Shown: piece by piece, positions 24,799 through 38,000 of the stretch | Position numbering within the stretch: the first letter of the stretch is position 1 | Layout: the number at the start of each line of letters is the position of its first letter | Assembly (NCBI GenBank): GCA_030141605.1 | Contig: JAQGDQ010000002.1 | Location: forward strand, 2,728,001-2,792,000 | Direction: 5' to 3' | DNA length: 64,000 bases | DNA from: Tubiluchus corallicola | Lineage: Eukaryota > Animalia > Priapulida | Position numbers and translations under genes: made by a program | The notes under the pieces: model-generated | The model's input: only the letters and a program-made list of their open reading frames with translations | Database searches by the model: none | What the model was told of the DNA's origin: nothing

Positions 24799-26058
24799 AT
24801 TGAAAGAAAAGACTCGTCTAGGGCGCCGAGTAATCCACTAGCCGAAGCAGGACACTTCCGGTAAAACGCATGTACTAAATTTGCGGAAAACCAGTGTCGT
24901 GCATGGGCAGCCCAAGTAGGACACTGGCGATTTCTGCCGAGAATTATGACAGGACGAAACGTAAAACTAAATTTGTTTTCGAAAAAAATAACTTTATAAT
25001 AATGATGGATACTCCTTGACAATTTACAATGTATGTTTTACAATAATATCATCATTATTATTAGCTCCATTAATATCATCATATTGAAAATTGAAAAATT
25101 GAAATTGATATACCTTAAGTAAATGTTGGAATCGCCTAAGTGGGCTTACTTCATTTCAAAAAGATTAATATCGAAGCCAAATTTAATATTGGACATTTTA
25201 CTAACTCAAAATAAGATTCATTTATTTTGCCAGATGTATAACAAATCATTCAACGTTTTTAATTATTATTATTAAATAAACAAGGACAATGGGTGCTGCA
25301 AGTACGGTTAACGACTCAATTTGTGACCTGTCTCTATTGTCCTACTTGGGCAGCCATGTACGCCAATTGTCCTATTTCGGCTAGTGGATAACTCAGCGCC
25401 CAACAACACGTACTGTGGCGTGTGCATGTGCTTTGCGAACTTGCGCAACAGCGGCTGCGTATGTTTCTGACATATTACAGACCATACGTAATAATTACGA
25501 GGTACGAAAAAAATTCGTCGAAAGTACAATGCTAGAGTAGAGAACCAAGCTCCGGGGATCCAGCCTGTTTCTTAACCACTGTGTGCGGCTCCCGCTACAA
25601 AGCTAGAACAATTTTAAAGGCTTATTAGAGTTTTTCAGTGGGCAAGCGCTAAAAACATACATAAGCATAACAGTTAGTTACTCAGTCAGTAGCCGACTTC
25701 AATCATCAAGCTAATTTTGCGCGTTTGTCTTAGTTTTACAAATAATACTTTTGTAAAGGTTCCCGAGGAGTTGCCTACCCAGTATCGAGTACAATCTGCA
25801 ATTTGCAGACCCAAAATAAAGGAGTTCCAGTTTCTTTGCCTAGCGCATGTGTTTGCAGGACTGTGCAGTGTGCACTTAAGCGTAAAACAGTTCAAAAATA
25901 AATAAATCAAATGTTCAAAATTAAGAGCAAAACGGCTTACATTTATATTTTACTGATAAAATTGCAAGAAGATTGCAATTTTTGAAAAAGTCTAACAGAG
26001 ACATACTCTCGACCAGTAGTAGTGGTGGACTAATATTGTTTCGGTAGGTAAACCTACA
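24799..26058. promoter_or_regulatory. Divergent (bidirectional) promoter region PNO1/ACAD8
   Basis: Start codons point away from each other 1.26 kb apart; ETS-type ACCGGAAGTG on the minus strand at ~24853-24862; CpG-richer than flanks. Confidence 0.6.
24892..25369. mobile_element. Old MITE within the bidirectional promoter
   Basis: Imperfect ~30-bp inverted repeats CAGTGTCGTGCATGGGCAGCCCAAGTAGGACA / TGTCCTACTTGGGCAGCCATGTACGCCAATTG around an AT-rich core; TSD not clear. Confidence 0.55.
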
Positions 26059-29000
26059 ATGGCGGCTCCCTTGGCAAAGTATTTTAGGTCGACAAATTTT
26101 TCAAGAAATTGGAAATTTGTTAGTAATCATTTGAGCGTTCTCCCAACTGCGACAAATGTGAGCACAAGGCACATGTCAATTTCTTCTTGTATCGATCGTA
26201 AGTGAAATACGATTTTTTTATTTTATAGACTTGTACTTCTAGCATCTTCGTTGGCTCTACCACTGTGATACCAGATCCTGTGAATGGGATTGGCCGAAGC
26301 TATCTAGCTTTTTGCCCATAGTTTTTTCCACCTTGTACTTAACCAATTGTAGAAACATAACAGTTATTCTTTAGCTTGTTCACTAACCATCTGGTGGCGA
26401 ATTGTCAAAGTGATGATTACAAATATTTAATAAGTAATTTAAGTATCATCTTTTACAAAAAACAAGACAATAATACTTAATAGCATAATGAAATACGAGA
26501 GTTAGTGATGACTTATATAGAAAAAGAAAATTATAACACAAATGGCTGGTGAATGGGTGGCAAAGAACTGAGAAGTTATCGGGGTCAGCCACCCAGTACA
26601 TGCCCTATTATAAATCAAATATAGTTAACCTGTTAGATGGAATTTGGCAGTTGAAATATTACTGTTACTTAGGAGAAATTAATTTATGTTTATGTCACAT
26701 TTGATAAGTTAAAATTATTTTAGAAAAATAATTTATGTATTTATAAATTGTGAGATATCTAGTTAGTCATGTAGATTATTGCTGTAGCGATGAGAAATAA
26801 ACAGAGATGAGGAATTGCGATGTCACATTGGTAGGCATGATAACACATATATGCTTGGAGATCTTAGTCACCCCTATAAATGACTTAAAAGTAATGTTCA
26901 AGGTGTAATTTAGTGTAGTTACTGACAGTTGTGATTAACATTTTCTCTACATTTTCTTCTGTACCAGAGTGATGTTTAAGTGTTTAACTAGTTTTTCTTT
27001 TATTTTTGGTTTTTATTTATTGACAATTAATTACTATTTTTTTGTTTTCCTGCAACACCACCTTTTGTCAGTACTGTGTTTTATTTTTATTAAACCTGCT
27101 ATTTGCACGAAAGGACAGGAGACTAGATGACCATTTTGTCCCTCCCTATCCTACTCCATAATTACATTTATTTAATTTTGAAGTAACAATATTGCTATAG
27201 ATAAGACTGAAGAAAATAAAATGTTCTATGTTCTATGATGTGAGCTTTTAGCTGTGCACGTGTTCGGAGATTGTGCTGTGCCGGTACCAGCTTAGTTGCT
27301 TGTTTATGGGTAGTTTCAACTTTTCTGATATGCTCTAACTTAGGTGTATTAGGTACTTTCAATTATGCTATTAATAAAGTAGATATCATTGCCAGCATAC
27401 ACTATCTGTACAGGCCTCAGAATATGCACAAACATAATATTAAAATGATAATGATGGTGAAGATGATAATGAGGATGGTGATGAGGAGGATGGTGATAAC
27501 GATGGTGGTAATACTTTTAACTTACTCAGGTGTTAGGTTTGGCGAATAAGCCTGTGTTTTCCATTAATTTTACTCAACAGCAGTCTGCATACCCAAATTT
27601 AGTAATTTTTTATCATTAGTATATTGATAGTAGTGTATCGTTAGGATATTAGTATCATTACTACATTAGTAGTATAGTAAGTCTATTTTTGATGTGTCAT
27701 GATGACACTGTCATCAGTGAAAACTCGTAGGAACATCAGTGAATTGTGTCATCTGTGTCAGTAAAATAGTTGTCAACAGTCACTTAAAAATAAACCAGGA
27801 AAACCTTTGGCCACTGGCCAGTGGTTTAGACATAACCAAACTTAACAAATTAAGCAGTTATAAAAATAGATTAGAAAGTTTCACACACCCAACCGTTGAG
27901 GAATTTCAATTCTAAAATGATGCCACTGCAGTTGCAGAGCCATACTGATGCCACTATTGCAAAAGTACATTTTGCTACTGTCCCTCACTCCCTCTGACAA
28001 ATTTTTGAAGAACTTAAAAACCATTCAAATACTTTAGATAGCACATGAATGAGGCAAAAGTTATAAACCAAAGTTCACGTGTTGAAGTTATCTAGGCTCG
28101 TGCGAAACTTGTAATGACTATGTAGTCTACAATTAGCTTATAATTGTACAGCTCATACTACATGTATAGTACAGATCACTCTGATCCTCAGAATCACATG
28201 ACACGTCATTTCCGCTCCTGCCGTCACATCAAAAGCATTTTGTGATTGTAGCAGAATTGCTGTATTATCATACACGCTGAACTTCAGAGAGTGCTTCATC
28301 TATCAGAGGCTGCACCACTGATAATAACATTCTTTTGGCAGTATAATATGGTCATACTTGTACATTTTTGATGGAAACATTTTTGTAGAATGTTAGTATG
28401 TAACACCAAAAATAAAAAACCAATGTAAGGTGGATAACATCAAATATAAAAAAGTTTGTTGATTAACAGTAACATATCTTCAAGGAGCAGACCTGTGATT
28501 TACAAAGCAATAGTGTGGTCCGTTCTGCCTTATAGTGCAGAGACATGGACATTGGTGGACAAGTTAGCGAAGATCATATGCAGTGCTGTTGTCCATGGGA
28601 TGCCACGATATAGTACACATGTGACAGAGTTTGTGGCAAACAGGGCAAGGAGATTTGGTATGGAGAATGGAGATTGACAATAAACTGACCCCTAGAAAGC
28701 TGAAATGGTTTTGTCATGTAGTAAGGTACAGGAAGGGAAATGTATAGAGCGGGCAACAATAGACAGTCTCGGGAAACCAAAGTCATGGATGGGCTTTGTT
28801 TAAGAAGATGTTAGATCAAGAGAATTGGGGAAGAAGAGGCACAAGCTAGTGCTGACTAGTCAGTCTTTGCCATTGCCCATGCACGGTGTGAAGGTGCAGA
28901 GGTAAGACGATGATGGTCAACAAAGGTGAACGCAACAACTTTTCTTTTTTCTAGCTGTCTGATTTTCATTGCCTTCACTGTAAGATGAAGATGAGTATGC

Positions 29001-32000
29001 AACATACCCAGTGAAAAGCACACGTTACCACTGGCATTTTTTCATAGTGTGAATGTCAGCAATGGAGGCATTTTTCTATGTGATTATCAGTTGCAATCAG
29101 GAAATATAAGGAACACCAACAAATATATATATATATATATATATATCACATGATAGCTTGCCTTCATTACAACAATGAACATATAATTATATAATATATA
29201 TATATATCACATGATAGCTTGCCCTCATTATAACAATGAACATATAATTATATAAACATTTGTAAGAATATTAAGGAATCACAGTATAGTGATTGCTGTT
29301 TTAATTTAAGAAAAATATTCAGCTGCAGAGTGTATCACCGTTCCTTGCTTCCACCGCATTTTGTTTCACCATTCAACATTTTTTCATCAATAAACACAAA
29401 ATTTTCTTAACACAGTCTGTGTCAATTTTCTCATCAGTGTTGTGCACGTATCATCACTATGGCATCATTTACTGACGTTATATGACAGGCTGATAGACTT
29501 TGTTTTCCATTATTTGCTTCCTGTTGCAGTAAGTTCTGCTGCTTTAATATTGGGTGAGAGGCTGACATTAGCAAAAACAAAGAACTTGTTAAACTTAGCA
29601 ATTTGCCCTTTTTCTTATAAAGATCTGATTACTCAGCATCGTTTAGTGGTAACGAAGAGTAAAAAAAAACAAAATCTCAATTTGAAAACAGAAATAGTCA
29701 TGAAACTACTAAAGCTATTTGACCAAGTTATGCTAAAACCTAGACATATTTATCGGCTTTTATTAGCACTAAATGTGTTCCTTTTTGCAGCATTTGTGTC
29801 ACATAAAAACAATTCACACTTTATTTGATACTCTTTTGCAATGTATTAATGCATTCCTCTGGCAGAGGTTATCACGTACGAAATCAAAGCCATACTTTCC
29901 CACAAACAGTGGAAGGTTTATCGCCAAATCCCGACAACACAACAGCCATTAATTAACAAATAATGATCAGTTAGCAAATTTGTATATCAAGTTATAATAT
30001 ATGAAAGACATGTAAGTTGCAACACTAGCACTACTGAGCTCCACTCAGTCAACCACAACCCGGTGAGTTGTACCTGTGATGACCAGGTAATGACCATGCG
30101 ATGGATGGCTTATGAGTCCTTTCTGACATACTGCCGAGTGACAGCTAGTAATTTGTCACATTATTGGAATATCATTGCCTTCCAATCTTGCTAGGACATT
30201 TCTGAGCAGAATATCTTTCCATCTATACATAGTTCTATCTATTTGTGATGGCGATTTTACACATTCATCACCTCCAAACTCACAAACTCGATAATGATGC
30301 AATAGTCCATCTTGAGGCTGAGCAAACACTTCTTTTGAACCTCGTACTTTTTCCCAAGTGAAATGATTTCCCATTGTGATCACCAAGTTTGTATTAATAA
30401 CACATTTAGATCGCATCTTGGGCTTCCATACAGCTGTTGTGCGTCTTGTTTTTGCCATGCTGATCATTCTGGACAAAACCGCATGGTTTACAACTGACGG
30501 GTCGTCTGCAAACTGTCGATAGAAAAATGTATTGCAAAAACAGTAACTAGCATGTTCTAACTTGGGTGATATTCGTTTGAGTATATCTAAGACATTGACA
30601 TCTTGGGGATTATGTGGAACAATATATTCATCTGTGTCTACCATAAAAACAAATTTGTATTTGGCCATATTTCTGTACAGACAATCATTAAATGCTGCAA
30701 ACATTCCTTCTGTCCTTATTTCCTTCTGAGACACAATTGGTAGTTGCCATGGCAATAAATCCACCAAATTGTTTTTTATGTAAGACTGAAGTAAAGCATC
30801 AACTGCTGAGCCGACTGTGTGATTGTAGAAAGTAAATGAAGAGGCACCCATGAGCCTGTAGAATTCAATAAATTCTGTCAACTCCACAGATTTGTTGTAG
30901 TTATAGTGAAATGGTTTCACACACACTGCAAAATTATTCATATCCTTGCTATGTTGCATTTTAGTGGAGTGCACTGTTAGCTTATGTGATGGTGTTCTAG
31001 TGATCTCTTTGCGTGTTACTGAAACCAATTTCGGTATGCTGCCATCAACTAATGGACATAGTATGTAATGGGCACTGTATTGCATGCCCCAATTTTCTGG
31101 AATAGGTTTGGTTTTGGCAGTAATCACAGACGGTTCTTCTAGCTCTTGACCATACCAAAACAAACAGTATAACTTAGGTGGATGTTTAGTTGGCATAACT
31201 GCTATAACTCTTATCATATTTGGTCCTCGAGTTTCATGATATGCGGAGAAGACTAGCACTTTAGCGGAATCACTTTCCATATCTACATAGTGCCATTTGT
31301 CCTGGTGAGTTTGTTGACCTGCAGGTGCTTCATACACTTCTTTAATGCAGTTTCCAATACAATTCTCTGTGACGTTATTGCTTGCGTATGCAGCTACATC
31401 AGTGCGGTTAGAAGAATGAATTTTAACAGCTGTATCTACAATGTAAAGTGTCTGCGTAAAGTGAACATTATTTCGAATTAAAAAGAAAAACTGAAGTATG
31501 AGTGTTAAAGAAATCACTAATGTGATACTCAATGTTATGTTTCTTGTCTTGCTCAGCCTGTTTGAACATAGTCGAACAGCAGTAAACATTCTCTGACATT
31601 GACAAAGGCAAACAGCTATCTGCAAAATAAAAACTGTAATAGTTAGTTTGTTCTAAGTATTGTCAATGTGGTTTATAATTAATTATTAGCTGTTATAATG
31701 TTGACTGTTCAGTCATATATCCTCTCAGATAACACACACGATTGACATTCTACTGTTTGTCCTCATATATCTCTTTTATCATATGAAATTTATGCTGGAT
31801 TGCTAATGCGATTTAATTCTGGCATCATGGCTAGCAAAGAAACAAATATGATGTCTTTCATATGTTCATATGAACAAACCTATGAACATATATGATTAAC
31901 ATGATATAATTTACGCATGTATTTAACAGTTTTCTAGCTTGTTGTCCTATACCCGTAAGATTACATTTACATTTTGCAAAATCACTTTCGTGTGTTTGTA

Positions 32001-35000
32001 TTGCTTAAATATGTTCGGCCTCACCCTAATACTAATTAATTGGATAGCTTGCATAATAAGTTGTCAGCATTTTAAATCAAAAATGGCAGCAGCAATGCCA
32101 ATTTAGTGCGATTACATGAGCTAAACAGATTTGTTAAATATGGCGACACTGATGATGATAGTGGTGGTGGTAGTGCTGCTGCTGCAGCTGATGATGATAT
32201 TTATCATTAGTTCATTAATTCTTTTAATTACAGATTAGCATCTTGCCTTGCTTATAGTAGCACACAAACAGATAAGCTGTGCCATTAAAATCACTATAAT
32301 ATTAAAATACTGATATACACATCAGTGCTGATTTCTAAAAAGTCACATTACTTTAGAATTTTTGAATTTATGAATAAAGATCAAAAAGGATGAACTAAAT
32401 GTTTGAGGTACCTCTGCAGCCAAAAGCACAAATCTGGTTTCATTGCTCATACTAGGATTACATATCTATTAGTGAAATTATATCTAGGAACAATGGAAAT
32501 GTTTGGATTTTTCCTACCTTACTTTTATGAAACCTCATAATGACAAAGTCATTACAGCTCTTATGCCTGTGCTTTATACCTGCATCCAAATTATGTAGCA
32601 ATGGCTACCTAAACACCTCACTTACATGCAAATGTGTAACGTGAACACAATGCTAAGTAACAGAAATCTATACAAGGCAGTAACCATGTATAGTATTACC
32701 TGTCACTGTCACTTGCTGTATGCAGAAAACTACAATGCATCAAACACAAATGTTGGTGTTTGAAGTTGTGCAAGCTCTGTTCAAAGTGTCTTGCAATTAT
32801 GTCTTGTACTGCAATATTAAGGAAGTATTATCATATGGTCAAAGCACATTAATAGCATTAAAATGCATAATAGATTTGCCTGTTGTATAACTTGAGTAGT
32901 GTGAAAGACGATTGTTGTAATTATATTAAGCAAAATTATTTCCATTAGATGTAAGTAGTCTAAATTCACAATGCTTCTTTCTGGTAATTCCCACTAAATC
33001 ACGTCCAAAAACGTCATTTTATTTAACATTGTTCAGCATTACCTGTAGGGTTCATCATTTTAGCAGGGGTAACCATATATGATGTCTCAATTTTACAAAA
33101 ATCAACAATAATTTGAAATTGTATTGCTAGCAAAAAATTTTATTCTGCCATGTTTACTTTTTCAGCTAAGCACTACAAATTACTTAATGTGTGTTTGATC
33201 AGTGAACAACTGTATGCCAAAGGTAGCAATAAAAAATAGCTTAGCTGAATGCTACCATTTCAGGCAGTGTACTAATTTATTACATATTTGTAATCTTAAA
33301 TTCAATATTTCGTCAGCAACTAGTAGTGGTATTTTGCTTCTATTAGACTTTTGCCTTCAAAAATAAGAACGCTTTTTATAATCTAGCCAGGTATTTTGCA
33401 ATGTCTGAAGCTTATAATTAGAACCTCAATTTCATCTGAACACAAGCACAATATGTTATAGTCAGGCTATTAACGTAAAGTGATGCCTAAAGTTCATAGG
33501 TAGCTTCGGCAGTTATTATTCGTAAGCAATTTAAACTTACCATACATGATTTTGATTGTAACTCTACTTACGGTAAGAACTGGTAAGTTTACAGGTAAGT
33601 TACAGTTACTATGGTACGACATCTTGTTCTAGCAACTTGTTAACTAACTACCGTAAAATATAGTTTTTATTCGAAAGTAGATCCAACACTTTTGTAAATA
33701 AAACAAAGTACCGTATATAACTGCATGTTACACGGTACACCGTTAATGAAAGACGTTTTTATTAATATTTACCTGTCATATGGTAGCTACAGTCTTTTTA
33801 ATTGTCCACTTCCGCAGTTGATTGTTTAGGCCTAAGGTATATAATATTACATGCGTGTGACTACTGCTAGTTGCGGTAGAAACTATTACTATGTCTTACT
33901 CAGAAATAGAAGATTACAATGATTATGCGTTCGTTTATACTGCAAGCCACATTTCCTTTCCGTCTGGTACCTCTATATCAGGTTGGACTTTGATATCTAT
34001 AAACGCAATGCTCACACGCGCTGTACATTAGAGCTGCACAGTAAATTCAAGCAATGATCATGAAACGAAATTCCAGCAGGCTTCTCTATGATGATTTGCA
34101 CTGCGCTGCTTTAACTTATGTTTTTATTTGAAAGCGTTTTGCTCTTAAATGACTAAACACGCAATATTTTGCGTACTAATGTACAGTGTTATGAAAAGTT
34201 TTAAAATGCTTAAAATGAGCAGAAAATCGATCATTATTAGCACAGTCTAAAAGTATCTGACATTTGTGCACGAATAAAATTCCATGTTGTATCTGATCTT
34301 TTATTTCTGCTTATGAATTTTTTAATAATTGGCTGTTTTCTAGCTCTAACAATATTTTTTAAATCGCATTACTAAATTTAACATAATTATGCAGGGATAC
34401 AAAAATTGAAACTAGCCAGTTGACTCAACACTTTCTCGTTTTCCATTTTTATTATTAATGTTTTTGTTTTTAAATGGAACGAAGCAGAAAAGACTACAAA
34501 TTTAGTTTAGCATTTCATTTTTAGCAATAATTACTACATCACAAAAACAATAAGCAGCAAATCGGATAGGCCTAATTATAATCTTAATATCTGTACATTC
34601 ATTCAGAAAAACGACGTAGTTCCCAACATGAAACTGATCAGAGAAATTAATGAACATTGCTGAGCAAATGCTTAATGTATGAATACAATGTCAAGAATAA
34701 CAATATTTAAGCTTTAATTACGCAGTCGTACACACGGAAGTAAAACTTCAAAAATTCTAAAAGGTTTTTTTTTAAGTAATCGGGCAATGAACGAGGATTC
34801 GCACAATTTTAGCGTACTCAACAGCGATTTTGGGGTTGCAGCACAGAAATAATGTAGTCTTGCATGATCGTGTCACGTAGCCCACGTGAGCCAACGCGTA
34901 AACATTTTGTTGTTTGTTTGTTTGCCCGCTTTGTTGTTTGTAAGTAGGATTGTTTGTTTGCAGTTTATAGAACTGGCTGTCTTACTAATTGGTTGGTTAA

Positions 35001-38000
35001 TTGTTTGTGGGCTGGTTAATTGTTTGTTGGCTGACTTGGTGATTTGATTGGCTAGTTGGTTGGCTGGTTGATTGTTGGTTCCCCATTCAGCTCTCGGATA
35101 TATATCAGTTAGCTTTGTTCAGTTTACAAGAAATTTCGTAAGCTGTGTTGGCTGGAATTTTTTTAACCTAGTGAGTTATAATTCGAAAATATAACGCGCA
35201 CTAAAAATGAACATGAGTTTCTTTCACAGACACACTGCTACTGGTACAGTTTAATAAACACCCAGTCTTATATAAAAGAATAATGCAGAGTCATCTGTGG
35301 TTTAGGTTCTAGAGATTCATTACTAAGAACCAGCATGTCAGGAACGGAGCAAATTTGAGGTCCACTAGGGTGAAAACTAGTTATTCTTTGAACCGGTCAA
35401 AAAAATCTGAAAGATCTTTTAGCTGCGTCATCTCTTAATGTGTAGCCAGACTCATAGTAGTAATTCTTAAGCTTTGGTGAAACATTACGTTACCGAAAAG
35501 TTTATTGTTGTCATTCTGTGACACTTTTACGCCATTACTAAAAAAAGGAACACTTCGATGTTAACACTATCTCATCGATCGTGTTTCAATAGGCTTTACG
35601 TGCCGAGCAGGTCAGATCAAGTAAAATCCGATCACCGTTTTTTGTATATAAAATTATTAAAAAAACGATGTGTGAAAGCTATTCAAAATTTGTTATCCAC
35701 ATAAGGCATTACTACTTGTTATGCTGCATGCGAATTCGATGCTGCTATGTTAAATGATGCTCAGTATACATATATATATATATATATACATACATATTAG
35801 AGTCAGTTTTTATGAGACCGCGATCTGTATAGATGAATTAGCCATTATATAAAATGGAGATATTTGTTGTAAATGACAGAACACCCGCATTTAAATGTCT
35901 ACTAAAAACGCAGTTAAAATACACGCTGAACATTATTCACTATTGGCTTTGGCTTCTGTTATGCTAGAAAATGTTGATCATTACTCTTGACTCTTGTTAT
36001 GAGCATATTTAATGGTAAACGAAAAAGTTTGTAATTACGAGTAGTACAAGGTCTGATTTTACGTAGTAAAAGATTTATAACTCTGCCTTGGTGAATGGTC
36101 AAGTCAGAGGACCAGTCCATTGCTCTCTTGTTGATTTCTACCTACCCTAAACTATTAAAGAACCACTGACCGTCATGGTTAATAAGTCGTCATATAAACT
36201 AACATTATATTTAGAAATGTTCTGGTATAGTTTTAATAAAGTTGATTTATTATGTTGGTCCACAACCGTTGCTTCTTTATGTTCCAGGAATACTGAGAAA
36301 CATTTATGTACAATCCTGCCAGCATGCATTCAACTCCCAAATACAGTACTTGAATGCATCCTAACAGAATTAACTTTTTAATTTTATGGTGTGTTACAGT
36401 GGGTGCAACAACTTCTGTGCATCTAATTTGTTTTTAGCACTGTTTTCAGCAAGTAGGCCTAACCTACCAGATGGTGCTGGCAGATTTCTGGCAGTTTATT
36501 CTTTGATGCCACCATCTTTATCACTCCTGTGCTCTTAATTAAGACGTCTAGAACACACTGTCTTTTTGTGAGAGTTGATTCACAGATATACTGTGAACAC
36601 ATTGCTTAGTGTTAATATTTTGTTTTATTTCAGCTACAGCTGGATTGACTGAAGAACAAAAAACCTTCCAACAGGTGGCGGTAGAGTTTGCCAAGAACGA
36701 AATGAAGCCAAATATGTTGAAATGGGACCAGGAGGTAAGTTTACGCATACCTATTGTTAAAGACCAGACCACTACTGTTTTACAGTTGCCGCAATTGCCG
36801 TTACATTGCCATTGCAGTGGAACTGGAAGACATTGTTGCTACCGCCGCTGTTGTTGGTATTGTTGTCATTGATGCTATTACATTCAAAGATTTGTTCTTA
36901 TTTTAAAAACTATTTAGAAGAAATTGTTATGTATTTACACATTTTAGCATTAACATCAAATGTCCACTTCACTGAACAATTTTTTTTCAGTTACCTGACT
37001 ATTTACATCACTACTTTTCTTCCAAACACTAAATAGACAACTTTTTACAGGAAATTTTTCCTATTGATGTGTTAACTCGAGCTGCTGAGTTGGGCTTTGC
37101 TACAATATACTGTAGTGATGAGTATGGTGGAACTGGACTGAACCGGTTGGATGCTTCCATTATTTTTGAAGCCATGGCACAAGGCTGTGTTAGCACAACT
37201 GCTTATTTAAGTATTCATAAGTATGCAGCTATTTGAAATTATTAGATTCTTTATTTTTTTAATATTAGTTTATATTTTTCTGATTGCTTGTTTGTCCATT
37301 CTTGCATTAGTTTTGAATCCAGCATTTCATGACACAGCCCACTTGTTGGACAAGAGCCTATATGTAGATATTGCCACAGAATCTGTAAGTAGTTTATCAC
37401 TACATTGAGGTAATGAACTGACAGACACGCCTTAATTACATGTGCAGGGGCAGTACTGCAGCTAAAACAACCTTTGATGCAGTTTGTCTGATGGTCACTC
37501 GTCACTCATCCACTTACTGACCAGGCTTGAAGTTGATTAAATTTAGTTACTAAGCACGTATTTACCATTTGTTGATTTTTCTTACTTACTTTTTATTTTT
37601 GATGATACGTAGTCAATAATGAGCTTTTCATTGCAGCTTCTTCATTTTTAACCAACTTAGCAATCATACAACATACTGAGGTCATATAGCCTCGATTAAT
37701 TACACAGCAAACTAGTTGAGTAGCGGAAAAATTTGTGCTGCATATCCGTATAATTGCAGCTCTTTTTGAGAAAACCATAAAGCTGTACTGCTAATCTTAA
37801 CAATCTTAACATGTTTTCAATGCACAGTATGGTTGCATGGATGATTGATACATTTGGAACACAACAGCAAAAGGAGCACTGGTTGCCACAGTTTTCTCGG
37901 ATGAAAGCATTATCTTCCTATTGTCTGACTGAACCAGGTAGTGGTAGTGACTCTGCCAGCTTATTAACATCAGCAGTGCGTCAAGGTGACCATTATGTCA

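Noticed and set aside
27271-27549. 92-aa Met-rich ORF
   Set aside because: Derived from a degenerate (ATG/GTG)n trinucleotide tract.
29442-29828. 128-aa ORF in ACAD8 intron 1
   Set aside because: GTG start, no motifs, antisense to the probable GT92 3' UTR.
34900-35110. GTTT/GGTT-rich tract
   Set aside because: Degenerate microsatellite, probably a HINE-like remnant; termini could not be defined.
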